Source of the DNA: Zygnema circumcarinatum SAG 698-1b
Lineage: Eukaryota > Plantae > Zygnematophyceae
Direction of reading: 5' to 3'
NCBI GenBank assembly: GCA_037447605.1
Contig: CM074804.1
Span: forward strand, 6,673,909 to 6,737,908
DNA: 64,000 nucleotides
Shown piece after piece: positions 57,481 through 64,000 of the stretch (positions are counted from its first letter, which is position 1; the number at the start of each line of letters is the position of its first letter). A model generated the notes under the pieces. The model did no database searches, was not told where the DNA came from, and saw only the letters and a program-made list of their open reading frames with translations. The position numbers and the translations under genes are program-made.

Positions 57481-58730
57481 TCACGCAGCAAATCGACGAG
57501 TCCAGTCCATTGCCATAGAATCATGTGCTGCACGATCTGTGCGGTAAAGCCGTGCAATATTTCCAACTAGAGGGTCCTCTGCAATCACAATCAGCGCCAG
57601 AGATACCAGTCACTGTCCACGTCTCATCTTAACGGTACTAATCCAGAGTAGACAGCACAAGAAAGAAAGGGAACATCATGAGGCGAAAGCGTGTCCTTTT
57701 CGTTTCTTAAGAAATTCAAATGCACTGCACAAACTAGCAGCTGAGATTCACCTGCATCTGGTTCCAGAAGGAGATTGCAGACAGCGATCAATACTTTGGC
57801 AATGGTATAAGCAGGACTCCAACTGTCTTTCAAAATGTCGAGGTTTACCTCCCCCGCACTGTTCACATTGCAATGGTATATCCGTGTTCGGAAGCGGACC
57901 TGGAAGCAACATACCATTCACAAATCCCACGATTCCTTTCTAAGAAACATGAGATGATCGTCAACATTCTCAACAGAAGATTGGCTTCGAAATTTCCCTC
58001 ATAAACTACACTCAGACTATACAAAAGAAAACTTCTGGTCACACCTAATTTACTCTCATAATCTAAACCCAGACTACAGAAATGAAAACGTCCGGTCACA
58101 CCTTTCCTCGACTATATAGCTGAAACTTCTTCTTTACATCAAGATGGAATAGGAGCCAAGTTTGTCGTAAGAGGAGCTTCGATGCCCACCATGGGAGGTT
58201 TGAATGGGTAGTCGTGAGGGAATCTAATGTCAAGAAAAAAGACGCCAGTTTCGTATGGAGAACCTGCAATCTTCCTCCGTCCGAAAACGCCAGACAATGA
58301 AACAACTGAGGGACAAAATCTTGAACCCTGAAATTCATTCAAGCAGTTGCACCTTTGCAAAAACCCAACTGAAGATACCAGAAGAGATCAAACACGAGAG
58401 AGACCAGCCTTGGAATGCATTCAAAGTGGGGTTCCCAGCTTTGCGCTGGACACAAGGTGCGAACTCTTTCATTCAAATATCCGTCGCCATCAACCCTTAA
58501 CCAGTTCCCATCTTCCATCCCTTTTCAGTTCTCTCACCTCGCGGCCCTACAATAGTGGAGATCCATTCGTACAAGTTGTCGCCTTTCGGCCCTGCCGAGC
58601 AGTTTGGAGGAGGCTCAAGACTCATCTCTGCGAGCTCCTTCTGAATTCGTTTCGCGGATGAAGAGAGCGACGATGACGATGTCAACGGCCGGCCGCCAGC
58701 ATCGCTACTTTTCAAAGCGCCTGAATTCAT
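57481..58730 (-). CDS. COP10: Ubiquitin E2 variant lacking the catalytic Cys, COP10-like
   Basis: Exons 58730-58538, 58263-58190, 57899-57752 and 57578-57481: [67 protein letters not shown]. The Cys position is an AAC (Asn) codon at 57843-57845. Confidence 0.82.
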
Positions 58731-60183
58731 AGCAACTATAGATACATACGTGGAGCCCTTTTGGGTGCCGCACCACACGTGAAGGGCAAGTGAAGAACGA
58801 CACGAGTGAGACCGCACTTGCGACCGTCCTTCACAATCACCTTCGTGTTAAGCTTGTGGCGGACCATTTCCGGACTACCCTCCCGCCCCCAGGAACCCTA
58901 ACAATACGGCCGCTGCTCTCCCCTGCCTGCATGTTCTCTCTCCCTTCTGATGCGCAAAACAACACCCAACTCCAAGCAGGGAACGACGCCCTGAGAAGAT
59001 GCAGACTGAGATGCGATAAGCGCGCCTCTCTCTTCTCCTCCGTCCTCTGCCCTGCAAGCCTGCAGCCTGAGTCCCCGCATCTCCTGCCCACATCCCCACA
59101 GTGCTCCCCATCGTCCCACAGGCGCCCTCCCTCCCTGAGACACGAGGCGCGGGAGAGAGACACGTGGCGCGGCGGAAGCCTCCCCCTCAAAATTTGTCTT
59201 TTTTGGCGCCAGCGATTTGAAGTTTGTTAGGGAGACCTTTTTGAGGTTTGAACTCAGCGGGGCCCTCATGGAACTGCCCGGCTCCCTAGGCAGACCTTCA
59301 GAAATCGGTTCGGTGGAGGCGGCCACTGGACTGCACTGGTCTGCTCGCTCCCTCATGCATTCGTAAATTTGAGGCGCAACAAATGTTGGGAAGTTCAGTC
59401 AGGAGGCTGACTCTGAGCGCAGCTCAACGTTGAAGCCTGCAAGATTTTGTAAAATTAGCAAACTATCCGTTCATGTAGAACCTTCCTGGCGCTCTCAGAC
59501 CTCTCAGCCCATGGCTTTCCTCAGACAGAACCCCTCCGCATGCAGAAACAGCAAAACCTCAAGCGCTCACTGACGCGGGCCGCATCACGCATGCTTCCAC
59601 CCATTCCCTTGTCTTAATTCACGCTCCCTCCCCCTTCAACCCCTCCCTCCCTAAGTTGGTGCAACACAACGAGGCGCGCAACTCCATTTCCCCACACACC
59701 TCCGCTTTGCAAATCCCCCCTCTCCGCCTTTCTGTGGATGCCTCCAATGCTCCAGTAAGTATGTGCCCGTGTTTACAGCGGAAGTCAACGCTTCAAAGCA
59801 GCACCATGTGCCAAGCATTCACCCTCAAGCCAACCAACATTCAACATGCCTCGCATTCCTCAGACGAGGAGCTCGAGCACCAGATTCTGTATAAAAAAAA
59901 AACTCGCGTATCACGGTCTGCAACTGCCCAGTATTAGAGCTATCGCACCATAGCTATCAACTTCAGCAATACCCATCCTAATGCTTGACAGCCGTCCCTT
60001 CCACTAAGCAGAGACGAACTTCTCAGACAGTCTTCAATACATTTGTGTCACCCCGACTACTTCACACGAATAAGGATCAAAGGGCAGGCCCTACATCTAC
60101 GCCCTTGTGCATTATTTGCCAGTGGGCTGACTAACCATGGTAGCCAGAACAACGTTTCACCTCCACATCCAGCCAAGCCTTCC

Positions 60184-63100
60184 TCAAGGGCCCGGGTGAA
60201 CCGGAGGATGGAGGGTCCCGGCTCCTTCAGCCTGACCCACCAAGACTGAAACCTGCTTCAGAAGGTTCATGAGGGTGTCTCCCACTTCAGGCTGCCCTCC
60301 CTGTGCTGGATTGGAAGGAGCCCCGTACGCTCCAGCAGGGCCCTGCGATGATCCAGCCAAAGCACTCCCAAGGAGACTTCCTAAGGGTCCACCCGGCAAA
60401 ACAGGTGGATTTGTATATTGGGGCTGCGCTTGAGGGGCGGACGAATGTTGCGGCACCAAATTGACCAATGGCAGCGGTGATCTGGTTGGAACGACTTGAG
60501 GCATAGGATAAGCTCTGTTTTGAAAGCCAGCAGGCAGTGGTAGCGGTGTCCTCCCTAAGTATCGAGACTCCTCCACAAAAGTGGGCTGTGCCTGGGAACT
60601 GTGCCAATATGTTTGACTTGAAGGCTGAGACTGCCCTGATAGACTCGGCCTGGCCACCTCTCCAGGTGCTTTCCAAGAAGGTAAGCTTCCGCCAAAAGCC
60701 GTCCCTGAAGAAGATGCGGATGCAACAGGTGGGATAGGGAGGGTGGGAGACGGAGGGGACCCTCCCCAGGAGGCAGCGCGCCCGTGTTTTCCTCCAGGGC
60801 CGGCAACACCACCTCCTTTCCAGTTCGGATCCTCGGAACGATGCTGCAGCCATCCAGTGCTCCCCTGCAGGCCGAGCCACCATTACCAGCCTTGTCAAAA
60901 AAAGATCCGGTACTTTATTGCTGTGTTAAGCAAACAAGCAATCAAACCCTAAACAAAAAGTGTATTATCGAGACTTTTCATAGATTACAGGGAGCTTTTG
61001 TTCCTTTCTGTTCAGAAAACAATCGAATGGCATTATTTAAACAGCTTTGCAAGAGTTACATGAACACGTTGGACAAAATAAGACGGACAAACGCTACAAT
61101 CTGTCTAGCTCATCTCCATTTTGCTTAACTCGTAAACAACATTGTAACATGTCAAAAAATTGAGTGTGATGCCAACGACTTCGCCACTACGACATTCCAT
61201 TGGCAACAACCGTTGGGCGTGGCTTTGGTGGACGGTCATGATGCAAAGGCAGTGCTCTGGACAGCCATGCACATCCTCAAGTCACTTTATAACCATTCAC
61301 AAGTGATGTTCAGGCATCATACAAAAAAAACTATCAAGATAGTGATCAGTGTTCCCATCACTATGTCAGTTGATCCCTACTAAAAGGAAGCAAAGTCTGG
61401 AGTCCGCAAATACCGGAAACAAAATTCAAAAGAAACTCGTCGTCGTGATGAAAGCCTCATTGCCTAAAGTTTTTCCTCATTTAAGGCCAGCAAGGATAAA
61501 CGAATGTTGGCTGCACAGTTGACAAGACTTTTACATGCGCCCTAAAGGAATAACCTCCTCACTCGAGAAGCAAGCACATACAATCCCACTGGGAACTGCT
61601 GTCACATGGAAAGCTCATCTTCACATTCTGGACAGTATAAGTGGGAAAGGATGTGGCATTGATCTCACGATGGCTATGCCATCAAATGTGCATGGACAAA
61701 ATCATCACGAGGAACCACGAGGAACTGGTCGCAAAGGACCCAAGGAGAAAGTATAAGTCATTTAATTCGTACAATAACTTTGGTCATTTCTTGAGAAAAC
61801 ATAATGAGGAAGTGATCATTCGCAAAGATACAGAATCGTAACCTTGAAAAAAGTACGCGGCGAAGGGAACTATGACATACCCACTGGATGTACATAATGA
61901 AACCTCAGTCTGTGGTCAACCTGATCTTCATAAGGACAGGGAATACCTCCTTCATAAGACATTGTTTTATTATAATGGTCTTCATTCACCGTGTGCTTCT
62001 CATATTGCATACATCAAACAGTACATATGTAAAACACTTCAAGAAAAATCGAAACGATTCTAGGAACTTGGAAAAGATTACGAGTTTCATTGACAAAAAA
62101 ATTGCAGCATCATCTGAGCGAAGCACAAGCAATTGCCCAGCATTCCATTCGCAAGAGAATGGTCAGGCAACGTAAACACTTACCAGGCGTGAATCTGTAA
62201 ATTTTGATGCCATGCCCGCTTCTTCAGGCTCTCGATCGTTATCATCCTCCCGAATACGCCCCCGCTCCTTCTGGGAAACACGCCTGTTCTCAGATGGCTG
62301 AAAACCAAGCCAACAAACAGACCCAAATCATCAAACAGGATCCATGCATCACCGTCGAATACAAAATCAACCAAAGAGTCTAGCGAAGGGAATACCAAAT
62401 GCAGATGACAAAAGGACTACTGTATCTGGTGCTTTCACTTCTGTTGAAAAAAAAAAAGAGGCATCCAAGAAAATATAAGGAGAAAAATGACTTACGCAAT
62501 AAATAAATACCACCAATGTAATGCATCCAAAACATGCATAGAGGCTACCTCCTACAAACATTGCAAGATTACCTCTTAGAACGTGAATCAAATTGAAAAC
62601 ACAATGATTGCAACAGCATGGCCAATGACCAGGTAAGGACTGGCAACTTACCGGTGGCTGATGAGGCTCCACCAATCGCATGTGCACATCACTCGTGGAA
62701 AACATCACGCCTTTCTTGGCTTCAGAATATGCAGTCTCAGCGTCCTTCCGGTTCTTGAACGTCACCTGCTCAAGATTCAAGACTCAAGATTCATTCACCT
62801 TCTTATGCCGCATAAACAAGTCTGCGTCAATGCTCCAACAGGATGACGCTCTGTACCCGTCTGCAATTCTCAAACTTTGTACACTGATGATGCTGAAAAA
62901 GCTCAACTGATTACACAAAGGTGCCACTCTATCATCCATCATCCATCATCCAAAGTTGAAGGCAGGGAGAACTTTCCAAAACTGTTTTGAGCACATACCA
63001 ATGCAAATCTTGTCGATCTGTTTATTCGAAGTGTTTGCAGAATTCCAAACCGTGTAAACTTTGCACGAAGTTGCGCTTCAGAAGGCATGGGTACGTTCTC

Positions 63101-64000
63101 CAAAAATCTCATTTGCAAAAGTCTCAAATCCTATCGCACAGGAAGCCATAAACACGATGTCCAAAATCGTCAGGTGTAGAAATACGCTAACAAAGCACAG
63201 CAAAATGTAGGATGCATGCAAAGCCCGCAACAAGGTCGTGCCATGGGCATACAGATGGTCAACAAAAAACACACACGAAACTTACTGGAGTGGGCATCTT
63301 TGGAACAGAGCGTGGTGGAGGAGTCCCAGGGGATCGGCCTCCCTGCGCTCCTGTTCTCATGTTGCTGCCAAGTTTCTTGTTACTATCTGCACCATCCCAC
63401 GTAACATCCATGTCGTAAATAAAACATTATTCCAAAATCATGCCTTTGACAATGTTTGACCTAGCCCAAGCACAATTGACAGATTGATTTGAGGTTTGCA
63501 TGACCGTGACAAACACTTCAAAACGTGTTCAAAAGGTTCCTTAAATATAAACAGTGACTCCCAAACTGAACCGTTTGGTCTGCAGTGTCAACCAGACCTT
63601 AATGAATACCAAAACCTTCCAGCACACCGTCTCTTCTATTCAAAACAAGTTACAACTAACACTACTCAAAGATGCACTCAGGACCTCCGCACGATTATTC
63701 AGAATAAAGGCATGGCCTTCTCTAAACAGCGAACAGTAAGATTTCCATGTTGGCCCGTACCAGAACGCCTATCTTGGGCCTTGTCATCTCTGCCATTCTC
63801 TTTGTCTTTCAGCACTGTCCTGGGCAGCCTCAACGTAGTTTCCCGGTGTTCAATCTGTGACTTGTTTGCTGCAGGCGAATCCGATGATCTTCCCTTTTCC
63901 TTAACTGGAATGCTCCCCTTGCGTGCATCCCCGACCTCCAATTCTTTCGGATCGAAACTACCGTTTACAATCTCTGGTTTGCTCGTCACTTTCTCTCGTT
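60184..64000 (-). CDS. C-terminal part of a plant PWWP (PDP1-type) chromatin protein; gene continues off the right edge
   Basis: Exons 63130-62999, 62765-62652, 62297-62184 and 60864-60184 are in phase. The RRM-like domain LQMRF..MPSEAQLRAKFTRFG..ALVTFKNRKDAETAY and terminal DTLMNLLKQVSVLV resemble C-termini of plant PWWP proteins as I recall them. The PWWP domain itself is not in the window. Confidence 0.6.

Overview
Gene-dense, intron-rich eukaryotic nuclear DNA from a green-plant lineage. Plant-type genes (COP10-like, fascin-containing GH5, DUF3067, NDUFA3, PDP-type PWWP C-terminus) with divergent sequences suggest a streptophyte alga or early land plant; this is inference only. I reconstructed 15 protein-coding genes by hand using frame-consistent splice sites. 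In order: P4-ATPase (partial), GRXS15, a membrane-anchored GH5 glucanase of about 1190 aa, SDS22, F-box/kelch, DUF3067, NDUFA3, a LYR protein, SR30/34-type splicing factor, an intronless glycosyltransferase-like gene, GPR107-like, CHR10/ALC1, a C2-domain protein, a COP10-like E2 variant and a PWWP-family protein (partial). Five pairs are head-to-head. There are three small terminal-inverted-repeat elements, several micro/minisatellites, and a 1.3-kb exact duplication across a 10-N gap that is probably an assembly artefact. I found no tRNA, rRNA or CRISPR array, and no multi-gene pathway cluster. The most notable observations are the GH5 architecture (cytosolic tail, TM helix, unknown domain, RRRRSLL site, fascin repeats, GH5), altered transport-site motifs in the flippase, a candidate poison exon in the SR gene, an 8-nt microexon in CHR10, a Cys-to-Asn E2, the intronless GT-like gene, and a 30-bp hairpin shared by two introns 45 kb apart.
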